Source: Candidatus Eiseniibacteriota bacterium
GTDB lineage: Bacteria; Eisenbacteria; RBG-16-71-46; SZUA-252
Reading direction: 5' to 3'
DNA: 64,000 nucleotides
NCBI GenBank assembly: GCA_963703225.1
Contig: OY969801.1
Coordinates: forward strand, 2,848,001 to 2,912,000
Shown: in pieces, positions 1-9,900 of the stretch
How positions within the stretch are numbered: position 1 is the stretch's first letter
How the letters are laid out: each line of letters opens with the position of its first letter
Translations under genes and position numbers: made by a program
The notes under the pieces: model-generated
Databases searched by the model: none
What the model saw: only the letters and a program-made list of their open reading frames with translations
Told to the model about the DNA's origin: nothing

Positions 1-464
1 TAGTGTCCGAAAACTCATTCTCCTGCCCCTTCTCACGCCGCCCTCCGGTGATAGTACTTGAGGAGTCCCCCGAGCCGCTCGCTCGCCCCGATCTTGCCCT
101 CGCGCTGCACCGGGGCCCCGCTCGGAATCTCGTTCCCCAGCCCCAGGTGACTCCGCTCTTTATGATAGTGGCCGACGTACTCGGCGATGGCCTTCTCTAA
201 CGAAGCTCGGCCCACGAATGGCCTGTTCTTTGCGGCCAGCCGGCGGCGCTGGTCATCCCTGAAGCGGAGCCGCTTCCCGACCAACTTGAGCTGCTCCTTG
301 AGGACGAGGTTCTCTTCGACTAGGTAGGCGATCACGCTTCCTTGGCGACGATTGGCCCAGGCCGGAAAAGGTCGCCAGGAGTAGCTGGAGTTCGATCATC
401 CGGGGAGCGTATCAGACGGCTGGCAACTCGTAGCGGTGCAGCGGAATCGACTTTTCGGACACTA
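1..464 (-). mobile_element. Internally deleted IS (MITE-like) with 13-bp terminal inverted repeats
   Basis: tagtgtccgaaaa (1-13) is the exact reverse complement of ttttcggacacta (452-464). Enclosed ORF 33-335 joins a transposase N-terminus (IAYLVEENLVLKEQL) directly to an integrase-core C-terminus (YVGHYHKERSHLGLGN...RLGGLLKYY); the DDE core is missing. Confidence 0.8.
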
Positions 465-601
465 CGCGATCCAGTCGCCGAGCTGCAAGAGCACCGACTC
501 TATCCGCCTTTCGTGGTAACTCACCCATGGCCCCTCCTTCGAGGTCATCGTGCGCTCCACGGGTGTCCAATCGAAGTGGGGAGCATTCCAGGGTTTCTGG
601 T

Positions 602-1276
602 TCAGAAGATGTAACTGACCCCAGCCTGAGTCTGTAGGTGCTCCACGACGGCAAACTGCACATATGGGGAAACGTGCCTCCACAGCACTAGGCTCGTTCC
701 GGCTATGGCGCCGATGTTGGTGCTCGACGCATCCTCGGAGCCAGCGTCGACGCCGGGATAGGAGTACAGGCGGTCCCCGACGTATGCAGGTGCGATCCAG
801 ACGAGTGCATCCACCGATCTCAACTTGAATCCTCGTTCCGCCTGCAGGGCAACCGTGGTGCCGTCGACCACTTTGTCGTAACGCTGTATGGACTGATCCT
901 GCCAGATGTGGCGGTAGTACCTGAGGCTGACTCCGATGCGATACGCGCCCTCAACGAGGGGGTAGAGGGTAATGCCCGCGCCAATCCCCAGTGCTTGGTA
1001 GACCCTGCCAGGAAAGTCCGGATCCGCCCCAGGTGGTTCATAGCTGCCTGTTGCCATGAATACGGCACGGTGTGCCACCGTACCGTAAATGGCCAGACCC
1101 CTCCGGCTCCAGTCGGCACTGAACTGGTCTCCATTCGATTGTTCGAAGTCCCGATCGGTTCTGTGGAAGAACACACCGACACCAGCGGGGCCGACGTCGG
1201 GTACGGCTAGCGGCTGAGCGGTGGCAAAAGTCGGCACCAGGGTCAACCCCATGACCAATAGTGCAAATCTGTTCAC
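602..1276 (-). CDS. Secreted, probable outer-membrane beta-barrel protein
   Basis: Signal peptide, alternating amphipathic strands, C-terminal aromatic motif (GVSYIF). Confidence 0.65.
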   Translation of the reverse strand: MNRFALLVMGLTLVPTFATAQPLAVPDVGPAGVGVFFHRTDRDFEQSNGDQFSADWSRRGLAIYGTVAHRAVFMATGSYEPPGADPDFPGRVYQALGIGAGITLYPLVEGAYRIGVSLRYYRHIWQDQSIQRYDKVVDGTTVALQAERGFKLRSVDALVWIAPAYVGDRLYSYPGVDAGSEDASSTNIGAIAGTSLVLWRHVSPYVQFAVVEHLQTQAGVSYIF

Positions 1277-1340
1277 GAGGCCTCCGATCGGGGCAATGCA
1301 CCCCCCACGTCCCCTTCACGTCGCGTCCATCCGCCGTTGC

Positions 1341-1591
1341 CAGAGAGCCAGAGATCAAGAGAGCCGCATTGTGGCGGGTACGCGGGTCGGGGGCGCAACC
1401 TCCGGAGGTGGGGCGTGTCCTGGTGAGTCTCCGGGGTGCCCCGCCAGGCCCTGCACAGGCGTAATTTTCGCATACGGGCGCCTCAAATGCGATGACCCCG
1501 GCAGCTCTCGCCACCGGGGCCCCTATCCTCAGCGCGAACCCGCGAGTTCGCACTTTTTCATTTGGCTCCCCAAACGTAACCCTGTGCGAAC
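1341..1591. repeat. Att/promoter repeat unit, copy 1
   Basis: AG-rich box 1341-1376 is identical to 37176-37211; ccccggcagctctcgccaccggggccc hairpin; 46-bp dyad gttcgcac...tttggctccccaaa...gtgcgaac at 1546-1591. Confidence 0.9.
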
Positions 1592-1604
1592 CGATTGGAG
1601 AGGA

Positions 1605-2747
1605 TTACCTCACGAGTCGCCACGTGACCTGCGCGGTGGCGCCCGACTCGCTCACGAACCGGACGAAATAAGCCCCCGGATTCAGCCCCGGCGGATCCCA
1701 CCGGATCGCCGCTGGCCCCGCGGCCATCGACTCGAACGAGCGCACCGCCCGCAGGCGCCCCCGCACGTCGTACAGCTCCAGCCTCACGTTGTCAGCCTTG
1801 GACAGCACGAACGGGAACGTAGCGCCGCCCGCCCCCACGCGCGGATTCGGATACGGACGCGACACTTGGAACCTGGGCGGCGACGGATCGGTCTCTACCC
1901 CCGTCACCTGCGGCGTGTCCGTCCCCAGCGCCATCACGTGGAGCTGGTTGATCGCGCCCACCCAGCTCCACGAGGTGCCGTTTGACGAAGCGGCCACCTC
2001 CCCTTCCTTCGTCGCCGCGACGAGCTTCCCGCCAAGGTCCACCAACGCGCTGATGTTCCCCTCCGATAGCGCACCCACTGCGATCCAGCTCACGCCGTAG
2101 TTGAGGCTTCGGTACACCTCGCCCGTCCTCGCCAGCACGTAAAGCTCCGGCCCTAGGCGCCGTATTGAGACGGCGCTCGACGTTGTGATGGCGCCCACGG
2201 TCGACCAGGTGGCCCCCTGGTCCTTGCTCTCCGCGATCTGTCCCGTCTCGGTCAACGCGTACAGTCTCCCGAGAGGACCACGAGCCAGACTCACCCAATC
2301 CGAACCGATCAGCGCCGCGGTTGCCGTGAACGTCGCCCCCTGGTTGCTCGACGCGTAGAGGGTTCCCGTCCTCGTTAGCACGAGCACGTCGCCGTAGGGG
2401 CCGAGGACGAAGCCGGCGGCATCGGAGGCCGTGACGGCTCCGACCGGGGCCCAGATCGTCCCCCCGTTGGCGGAGCGATAGATCGTCCCCGAGCGGGAAG
2501 CGAGATAGAACTCCGAGCTGGATGAGCCCGCAGCGAGGCCCACCGCGTCTTGCACTGGAATCGCCCCGATGGCGGACCAGGTTGCACCATCGTTGCTCGA
2601 GCGATAGAACTCACCCGTGTCGATGAGCCCGAAGAGATTGGCCGCGAAGGCCGAGCCTGGAGCCCATGCAGTGGCCGCGGCCGCCAGGGTCAACGCTGCC
2701 GCGACAACGGGCACGCCGGTCCGCGTCTTGATTGCTCTCGCTCTCAT
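1605..2747 (-). CDS. Secreted BNR/Asp-box beta-propeller protein with C-terminal FlgD/T9SS-like domain
   Basis: Signal peptide, repeated SxDxGxTW Asp boxes, YPNP...YDVRGR...GAYFVR tail. Confidence 0.85.
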   Translation of the reverse strand: MRARAIKTRTGVPVVAAALTLAAAATAWAPGSAFAANLFGLIDTGEFYRSSNDGATWSAIGAIPVQDAVGLAAGSSSSEFYLASRSGTIYRSANGGTIWAPVGAVTASDAAGFVLGPYGDVLVLTRTGTLYASSNQGATFTATAALIGSDWVSLARGPLGRLYALTETGQIAESKDQGATWSTVGAITTSSAVSIRRLGPELYVLARTGEVYRSLNYGVSWIAVGALSEGNISALVDLGGKLVAATKEGEVAASSNGTSWSWVGAINQLHVMALGTDTPQVTGVETDPSPPRFQVSRPYPNPRVGAGGATFPFVLSKADNVRLELYDVRGRLRAVRSFESMAAGPAAIRWDPPGLNPGAYFVRFVSESGATAQVTWRLVR

Positions 2748-5700
2748 CGCGCCACTGCCAGCTTGAACGTCCGCTCTTCGCCGGCGCTCCTCGCCTTCAA
2801 GAAATAGACCCCGCTCGACACTCGGCGACCCCGCTCGTCCTTCCCGTCCCAGTTCGCGACCTGATAGCCCGCGCCATAGCTCCCTCGTGCGATCCGCTTC
2901 ACAAAGCGCCCCGACACGTCAAAGACCGACACTTCCGCCGACCCCATCCCTCCACCCAATCCCCCAAATGTCGCGAACGAGATCGTCAAATTCCCACCAC
3001 GATACGGAAGCGGCCACGCCGCCAGCCCCGCCAGCGGTCGAATCCCCGCCTCCCCTAGCCACAGCTCCTCCCCAAACCCGTTCACCGCAAAGAGCCGATA
3101 CTTGGCGCCCGGGCCCCCCTGCGGATCCGTCACCGACGTCTCGCGCGTCAGCGCAACGAGTGGCTGCCACCCGGCGCCGGAGCCCGTCGCCTTCTCCAAC
3201 CTGTAGCCCGAAAGATCCTCGGGCCCCGGATCGGTCTGCCAGGAAATCACGATGCCCCGTGCGCCGTTGGGAGCCGGCGCGGCAAGAAGGGCCAGCAACG
3301 CGACCGACGTCTGGATCGTGAACAGGGAATCGCTTTCGTCCAGGCCTCGAAGTTTTGGATCCGAAGGCGCCACCCTCAAGCGGGCAAACTTCGTCGGCGA
3401 GTGCGGAACCTGGATGGGGAGCGAATTGTAATTCGCGCCTCCAATCCCGGATCGAAGCATGTCGTACGTTCTTCCGCCGTCCACCGAGAGCCACAAGTCG
3501 GCCGGCTCCGCCCCGAGCCACGAAATGGTCTTCGTGGACCCGACGTTCCACGTGGCACCGCCCGTGGGTGACAGGAGCTGATACCGGTTGAAGTCGTAGA
3601 GATGGGTGCGGCCCGTGCTTCCTCCGTAGCCATAGGCTCCAACGATCACGTCCCCGAGGCCATCTCCATTCACATCTCCCGCGGCCGAAACCGAGGCGCC
3701 AAAGTCGTCGCCCGCCGCCTCGCCTGTCAGGGTCAGGTCCGCCGTCGCGTCCGCCACTGGGCCCCCGTAGTACACGTAGGCTCGCCCTTTGAAGCCGCTG
3801 TAGAAGAAGGCCCCGACGATCACGTCCCCATAAGCGTCTCCATTCACGTCACCCGCGGAAGAGACGGTGGTGCCGAAGCTGTTGCCCGCAGCCTCACCCG
3901 TCAGAGTCAGATCTGCCACTGTGTCCGCGCCCCGCCCCCCGTAGTACACGTAGGCGCGCCCCTGACTGCCGCCGTACTCGCTAGCCCCCGCGATCACATC
4001 CCCGAAGCCATCCCCGTTCACGTCCCCCGCGGATGAAACCGAGGTGCCGAAGTAGTTGTTTGCCGCCTCGCCCGTCAGCGTCAGGTCTGCTGTCGCGTCA
4101 ACGCCGGGACCTCCGTAGTACACGTAGGCACGCCCTTTACTGCCGCCGTACCCCTGCGCTCCCACGACCAGATCCCCGTACCCATCTGCATTGACGTCGC
4201 CTGCACCCGACACGGAGATGCCGAAGTAGCTGTTTGTCGCCTCGCCGGTCAGCGTCAGGTCTGCCGTCGCGTCCGCGCCAGGACCCCCGTGATACACGTA
4301 GGCCCGGCCCGTGCTGGTGAGGTAGCCCCAGGCGCCGACGAGTACGTCCCCGAAACCATCCCCGTTCACGTCGCCCGCTGCCGAAACGGAGAACCCGAAG
4401 GCGCTTCCTGCAGCCTCGCCCGTCAGGGTCAGGTCCGCCACCGCGTCCGCGCCAGGGCCGCCGTAGTACACGTACGCACGCCCCCTAATAATGTTGTACC
4501 CGTACGCCCCCACGATCACGTCCCCATATCCGTCCCCGTTCACGTCTCCTGCACTAGAAACCGAAAGGCCGAAGTTGTCGCCCGGCGCCTCGCCGTTCAG
4601 GGTCAGGTCTGCCACCGCATCACCGCCCGGTCCTCCGAAATAGACATAGGCTCGCCCCGTATCGGTGTTGTGCCGGTACGCTCCCACGATCACGTCCCCA
4701 TACCCATCTCCGTTGACGTCACCGGCTGCTGATGTGGAGTAGCCGAAACGGTCGCCCGATGCTTCGCCGTCAAGGGTTCGCTGGAGTCGGGCCGCGGCCG
4801 ACGGAGGATCCACCGGAAGGACGATTCGGAAGTTCGCCGCGCTGGCAACCGACGTCGAATGGTTTGCCGCCTGGCCTGCGTAGACCACCCGAACGCGGGC
4901 GAACTCCGTGGGCGTGGCGGGCGCTAGGACCGCAACCTCGTTGTTCTGTGCCCCCCCCACTCCCGCGGCGATCGTCGTCCACGTCGCGCCCCCGTTGGTC
5001 GAGAGACCCACGTCCGCCACGTCATGCCCGCGCCAGCGAACGGTTGTCGGCTGGCCTGCCACCGACTGCTCGCCGCCGTTTGGCATGGCTAGTTCATAGG
5101 GGTAGATCAGAGTCACGTAGGCTCGACCCTTATTGCTGGAGGCACTATTAGCTCCCACGATCACATCTCCATACCCGTCCCCATTCACGTCGCCCGCGGA
5201 TGAAACGGAGGCCCCGAAATAGTTGAGCGTAGCCTCGCCCGTCAGGGTCAGGTCCGCCACCGTGTCCCCACCCGGCCCTCCGTAATACACGTAGGCTCGA
5301 CCCGTATTGGTGCTGTACCCATAAGCCCCAACGATCACATCCTCATATCCGTCCCCGTTCACGTCGCCCGCGGATGAAACGGAGGCCCCGAAGACGTTGA
5401 TCGTCGCCTCGCCCGTCAGGGTCAGGTCCGCCAACGCGTCCGCACCCGGCCCTCCGTAATACACGTAGGCTCGACCAGTATTGCTGCTGTACCCGCGGGC
5501 CCCAGCGATCACGTCCCCATACCCGTCCCCATTCACGTCGCCCGCGGACGAAACGGAGGCCCCGAAGACGTTGCCCGTTGCCTCGCCCGTCAGGGTCAGG
5601 TCCGCCACCGCGTCCGCACCCGGCCCTCCGTAATACACGTAGGCTCGACCCGTATTGCTGCTGTACCCCCACGCTCCAACGATCACATCCTCATATCCGT

Positions 5701-6253
5701 CCCCATTCATGTCACCCGCGGATGAAACGGAGGCACCGAAGATGTTGCTCGTCGCCTCGCCCGTCAGGGTCAGGTCCGCCACCGCGTCCGCACCCGGCCC
5801 TCCGTAATACACGTAGGCTCGACCCGTATTGGTGCTGTACCCATAAGCTCCTACGATCACATCCGCATGTCCGTCCCCGTTCAGATCGCCCACGGATGAA
5901 ACGGAGGCCCCGAAATAGTTGCCCGTCGCCTCGCCCGTCAGGGTCAGGTCCGCCACCGTGTCCGCACCCGGCCCTCCGTAATACACGTAGGCCCGACCCG
6001 TATTGCTGCTGTACCCCCACGCTCCAACGATCACGTCCTCATATCCATCCCCATTCACGTCGCCCGCGGATGAAACGGAGGCCCCGAAGGCGGTGGCCGT
6101 CGCCTCGCCCGTCGGTGAGATGAGCGTCCTGCTTGAGATCGCCATGACGGGTCGCGCTGCAAGGATGATGCAGAGGATTGAGAGTGCGGCGGTCAGGTTT
6201 GCGGAACAGAAGTTCAGCGGAGTCTTTGGGCGTATCAGGCCGAGTGGGTACAT
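2744..6253 (-). CDS. FG-GAP (integrin-alpha) repeat protein with C-terminal FlgD-Ig domain
   Basis: 13 repeats of FGxSVSxAGDVNGDGYxDVIVGA in blocks of 6 and 7; tail VFDVSGR...WDGKD...SGVYF; GGAGGAGG RBS before ATG 6253. Confidence 0.92.
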   Translation of the reverse strand: MYPLGLIRPKTPLNFCSANLTAALSILCIILAARPVMAISSRTLISPTGEATATAFGASVSSAGDVNGDGYEDVIVGAWGYSSNTGRAYVYYGGPGADTVADLTLTGEATGNYFGASVSSVGDLNGDGHADVIVGAYGYSTNTGRAYVYYGGPGADAVADLTLTGEATSNIFGASVSSAGDMNGDGYEDVIVGAWGYSSNTGRAYVYYGGPGADAVADLTLTGEATGNVFGASVSSAGDVNGDGYGDVIAGARGYSSNTGRAYVYYGGPGADALADLTLTGEATINVFGASVSSAGDVNGDGYEDVIVGAYGYSTNTGRAYVYYGGPGGDTVADLTLTGEATLNYFGASVSSAGDVNGDGYGDVIVGANSASSNKGRAYVTLIYPYELAMPNGGEQSVAGQPTTVRWRGHDVADVGLSTNGGATWTTIAAGVGGAQNNEVAVLAPATPTEFARVRVVYAGQAANHSTSVASAANFRIVLPVDPPSAAARLQRTLDGEASGDRFGYSTSAAGDVNGDGYGDVIVGAYRHNTDTGRAYVYFGGPGGDAVADLTLNGEAPGDNFGLSVSSAGDVNGDGYGDVIVGAYGYNIIRGRAYVYYGGPGADAVADLTLTGEAAGSAFGFSVSAAGDVNGDGFGDVLVGAWGYLTSTGRAYVYHGGPGADATADLTLTGEATNSYFGISVSGAGDVNADGYGDLVVGAQGYGGSKGRAYVYYGGPGVDATADLTLTGEAANNYFGTSVSSAGDVNGDGFGDVIAGASEYGGSQGRAYVYYGGRGADTVADLTLTGEAAGNSFGTTVSSAGDVNGDAYGDVIVGAFFYSGFKGRAYVYYGGPVADATADLTLTGEAAGDDFGASVSAAGDVNGDGLGDVIVGAYGYGGSTGRTHLYDFNRYQLLSPTGGATWNVGSTKTISWLGAEPADLWLSVDGGRTYDMLRSGIGGANYNSLPIQVPHSPTKFARLRVAPSDPKLRGLDESDSLFTIQTSVALLALLAAPAPNGARGIVISWQTDPGPEDLSGYRLEKATGSGAGWQPLVALTRETSVTDPQGGPGAKYRLFAVNGFGEELWLGEAGIRPLAGLAAWPLPYRGGNLTISFATFGGLGGGMGSAEVSVFDVSGRFVKRIARGSYGAGYQVANWDGKDERGRRVSSGVYFLKARSAGEERTFKLAVAR
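5110..6115. repeat. Six near-identical 174-bp tandem coding repeats (58 aa)
   Basis: gga(t/c)gaaacgg recurs at 5198, 5372, 5546, 5720, 5894 and 6068. Confidence 0.9.
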
Positions 6254-6518
6254 CACGTTGCCTCCTCCTACATGTGTTTCTAGACTCCTGCAGCGCGCCA
6301 CCGAGAATGCACGGCGGAACGTTGATCCAGAGAATCAAGATCGATGAACGGAGATTGAGCAGAGGGTGTGAGGATTGCTGCTGCGGATCTGCCGAAGGGC
6401 TGGGTCACGTGCAGCACCCCCCTACCATTCGGATCTGGCGTGGCCGCCAGGTCCACGGAGGAGGCAGGATGCCAGTTCCCGCCCCCTGACGGGATAGAAG
6501 ACCCCAAAAACGGTAGCC

Positions 6519-6547
6519 ATTATCTCACTAAGCGCATGCGCTGTCAA
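6519..6547 (-). promoter_or_regulatory. Sigma70-type promoter upstream of the FG-GAP gene
   Basis: Minus strand TTGACA-17 bp-GATAAT with an extended -10 TG; palindrome agcgcatgcgct overlaps the spacer. Confidence 0.65.
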
Positions 6548-6695
6548 GGTTTGAACGAACTGCGGCGGGGGGCCGCAGGCTTGGACTCACCTGGCCCCTC
6601 TTAGTGCAGGGCGGTCTCCCGGGTGTTGGAACCGGGTTCGCGAAATTGCGGCGCGATCTCCGTGACCTGCGCTCTCCGCGGGCTCTCCACCATGC

Positions 6696-6811
6696 GCTCC
6701 CCAAACGTAACCCTTCGCGAACTGACCTTTGCCTGGGTGTGGTGCACAACCGACCGTTGCCACCACAAAATAGCCCACCCGCGGGTTGGCCTTCTCATCC
6801 CATGTGCGAAC
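6696..6811. repeat. Right half of the att-like site plus conserved right-arm box
   Basis: gctccccaaacgtaacccttcgcgaac (6696-6722) and atagcccacccgcggg..gccttctcatcccatgtgcgaac (6770-6811) match 38181-38207 and 38220-38262. Confidence 0.85.
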
Positions 6812-6828
6812 CCGGTTGAGTGGTGAGC

Positions 6829-6939
6829 CTAGCGCACCAGGACTACGCGCCCACTGAAGACTCCGTCCGGCCTCGTGACCTTGACGTAGTAGAGGCCTGA
6901 CGCGAGATTCTGCCCGGACTTACCCCGCCCGCCGAGGTC
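6829..6939 (-). pseudogene. Orphan C-terminal fragment of an FlgD/T9SS-type domain
   Basis: Manual translation DLGGRGKSGQNLASGLYYVKVTRPDGVFSGRVVLVR*, with no start codon. Confidence 0.7.
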
Positions 6940-6977
6940 GCCACGCCTCTACTGAGCCGCCGGGTGGAATCATGGGG

Positions 6978-9900
6978 CTACCTGAGCAAGTTCATCTTCC
7001 GTGTGGCTCGCTGGCGACCTGAGACTAGTTCGGAAAGGTATAGCCCCGATGCCACGACGGAGCCCCGATCATCCCTTCCGTCCCACATCACCCTAAATCT
7101 ACCGCTCGGCAGGCTTCCTCGGACCAGCGTTCGAATCACTCTTCCGCCGACTGCGTAGATCCGAAGGGTAACGGGCCCTGCCTGGCCCACTTGAAAGCGA
7201 AGCACTGTCACGGGATTGAAGGGATTCGGTGCGTTCTGCAACAGCTCCAAGGCGACCGGCGGCGGCCCCGGCTCTACTTCCACCGCCGTAGGGCTCTGGA
7301 GGTAGAAGAAGGCCTCCGAAACGTTCGCGATCAGGGAGTCCCCCGCCCAGGCGCGCGCACGAAGCGACGCCTGCGATGTCGAGAGCGTCGTATCGGCGAA
7401 GAACGACAGGGAGCGGGGTGTTCCGGGATCGACTCCCAGCAATCTGCCGATTCGGATCGAATAGTTGCGGCAACTGTCCACCGCGAGGTCAAACACGACC
7501 GAGTCCGCGCGCTGCCCGCCGACGAGCACGGTGATGGAGTCCGGCGATGGGCCGATGTACGAGCCTCGCGATGGGTGCAGGATCGACAGCGAATAGACTG
7601 GCGCGAGCGCAGCCCGAACGTCGAGCTTCCCGTATCCCCACGTGTAGTTCGGAAGGGTGCCGGTATCCGTATCCCCTCGGCAGGTACCCTGGAGCCGGGC
7701 CTTGATTCTAGAAGGCGTTGCGGTTTTCCAGAGGGAATCGGGTTGCGCGAGCAGCAGGGCGACCGCGCCCGCAACCTGTGGTGCCGCCTGGCTCGTGCCC
7801 CACAGAACGGCGTGCCCTCCCCCCTCGACAACGTATTGCGGCTGGTCGACGAAGAAGGACGCGTCGGCAGACTTCGCGGACACAACGTCGCCCCCCGGGG
7901 CTGCGAGATCCGGCTTCAGTACATTATCCCGACGAGGGCCGTGGCTGGAAAAATCCGCGATCTGGCCCAACGCCAACGAGTGCGCCTCGCACTCAGTGAT
8001 TGTTGCCGCTCGCCTCCAGCAGTCTCTTGTCGTGTAGGCGCCAACGGCAATGACAGAATCCGCGGTTGCCGGTTCCGTCACGACCCCCTCGGAATTCGTC
8101 TCTTGGTCCCACCGTGCAGCAAACGTACCTAGCGCCATGTAGAGATCCGCCCTGCCTGTGGTGGATTCGAGTTTCAGCAACTTGATACGCACGGTCCACG
8201 TACCGTCCGCGGGATGGTGGCTCCCATTGTCGTAGATGGAGATCCGAAAATCGCCAGGAGGAGAGAAGATCTGATTCGAGCACGTTCCAGTAACACAAAG
8301 TCCGACGGCGCCGTCATCCGTGAGGCCGGTGTCTTGGTAGTGGTAGGCCACCGGTCCAACCGTGAAGTTATTTGGCGTGATGACCGTGACCTCGATCGAG
8401 TCGTTGTAGTCGAACCAGCCGGAGATCTCAAGGATGTTGAGCCCGGCGATCGGCGTGTACGGATCGACATCAAAAGTGAGAGTGGCCGTGTCCCCGACGA
8501 AATGCGGTATCGCAGTTGCGTGCACGGCGCTTACGGCATCGTTGCCAGCGGCCGCGACGACAATCTTGCCTGCTCCCGTGTACCCGTTGATGGCATGGTC
8601 AAAGAGAGACGTGCCGTCGTGCGGCCCGTCGTGGGTACCGAGGCTCAGGTTCACGACCACCGGCCGATTCAGTTGACTTGCCTTGCCGAGGATGTAGCTC
8701 ACCCCATCATAGATCCCGGTGGTGGTGAAGTTCGTCTTGACGGCGCAGAGGTTCGCCTCGGGCGCCACCCCCACGTATAGCCCCTTGTCCTTGCAGGCCG
8801 TTCCCCCCTGCCCATTCCCTGCTGCGATGGCCGCGACGTGGGTCCCGTGACCACTCACGTCCTTGGAAGCGCCGCTAAGGCCGGCATTAATTAGCGCAGG
8901 CGTCCACTCCACCCCGTAGAGGCCCGGCGGAGGGGTACCGGTCACGGTCTGATCCCAGAACCCGAGCAGCCGCGTCGTGCCGTCGACGTTCCGAAAGTCA
9001 TAGTGATTCACGTCGATCCCGGTATCGACAAACCCAACCACGACGGAATCCCCGACCTGGCCCTTGAACGGCGGATAGAACGTCCGCAAGCCCGCGACCC
9101 GCTCGCTCACCAGGCTTGAGTCGAGCATCGGTTGACACTGGGTCGGCGCGACCACGGCTTCGAGACCGGGAGTGTCGAAGAGGCTCTCAATTCGGTCAAG
9201 AGGACAACGAACGGTCATGATCCGACCGGAGCGCGCCCCCACGGAGATTCCACGGGCCTCCAGATCTGTGGTCGTGACGTCCCCCACACCGAACGCTTCG
9301 ACGAACGCGTTGCCTTGGGCGTCCCGACTAAGAAATCGTTCGGATCTCGGATCGCCCCGCACGAGGCCGCGCAGCTCCGGGGACACACGTGCACGGCGTG
9401 CGCCAGGCGCACCCGTCACGGTGATGACGGTCGTGGACTCACCGACGGCACCGGACGTCCGCGCGCGGAACGTAATTCGGAACACGCCTCGTTCGGAGAG
9501 GTTCGGCGACCAGCTGAACTTACCGCGCATCCGAGTTGGATCCGGAACGAAGAACGCGCCAAAGGGAAGTGGCCCGGCGGAAAGCCCGGTCACCGACAAG
9601 CTGTCCGTCGGAGCCACGGTGACATCGAATACGACCGGCGCGCTGGCACTCGCCTGGACCGATGCGGGGGCGGACACCAAGGGTGGCGTTCCGGCTCCCG
9701 CGACGGTCAGGATGGTCGTCGCGAAGGCTGATCGCGAAGGCAGGCCCGTGTCGGTCGCCACCCAGCGGATGGTCCATCGGCCGGCCTCGCCGCTACGGGG
9801 GGTACCGCTCAGTGTGACGGTCACTGACCGTGGATCGGAGTTCTCCCGCGAGAGGGCTAGGGTAGGCGGAAAGCCCGTGGGCGACATGGAAATGGACTGC

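Noticed and set aside
1546..1591. Second tRNA gene at the tggctcccc motif
   Set aside because: Only GGAGCCA is shared with the tRNA; no cloverleaf can be formed.
3590..6115. Regular repeats resembling a CRISPR array or DGR template/variable repeats
   Set aside because: They are in-frame 58-aa FG-GAP coding repeats without unique spacers; no cas or reverse transcriptase gene is present in the window.
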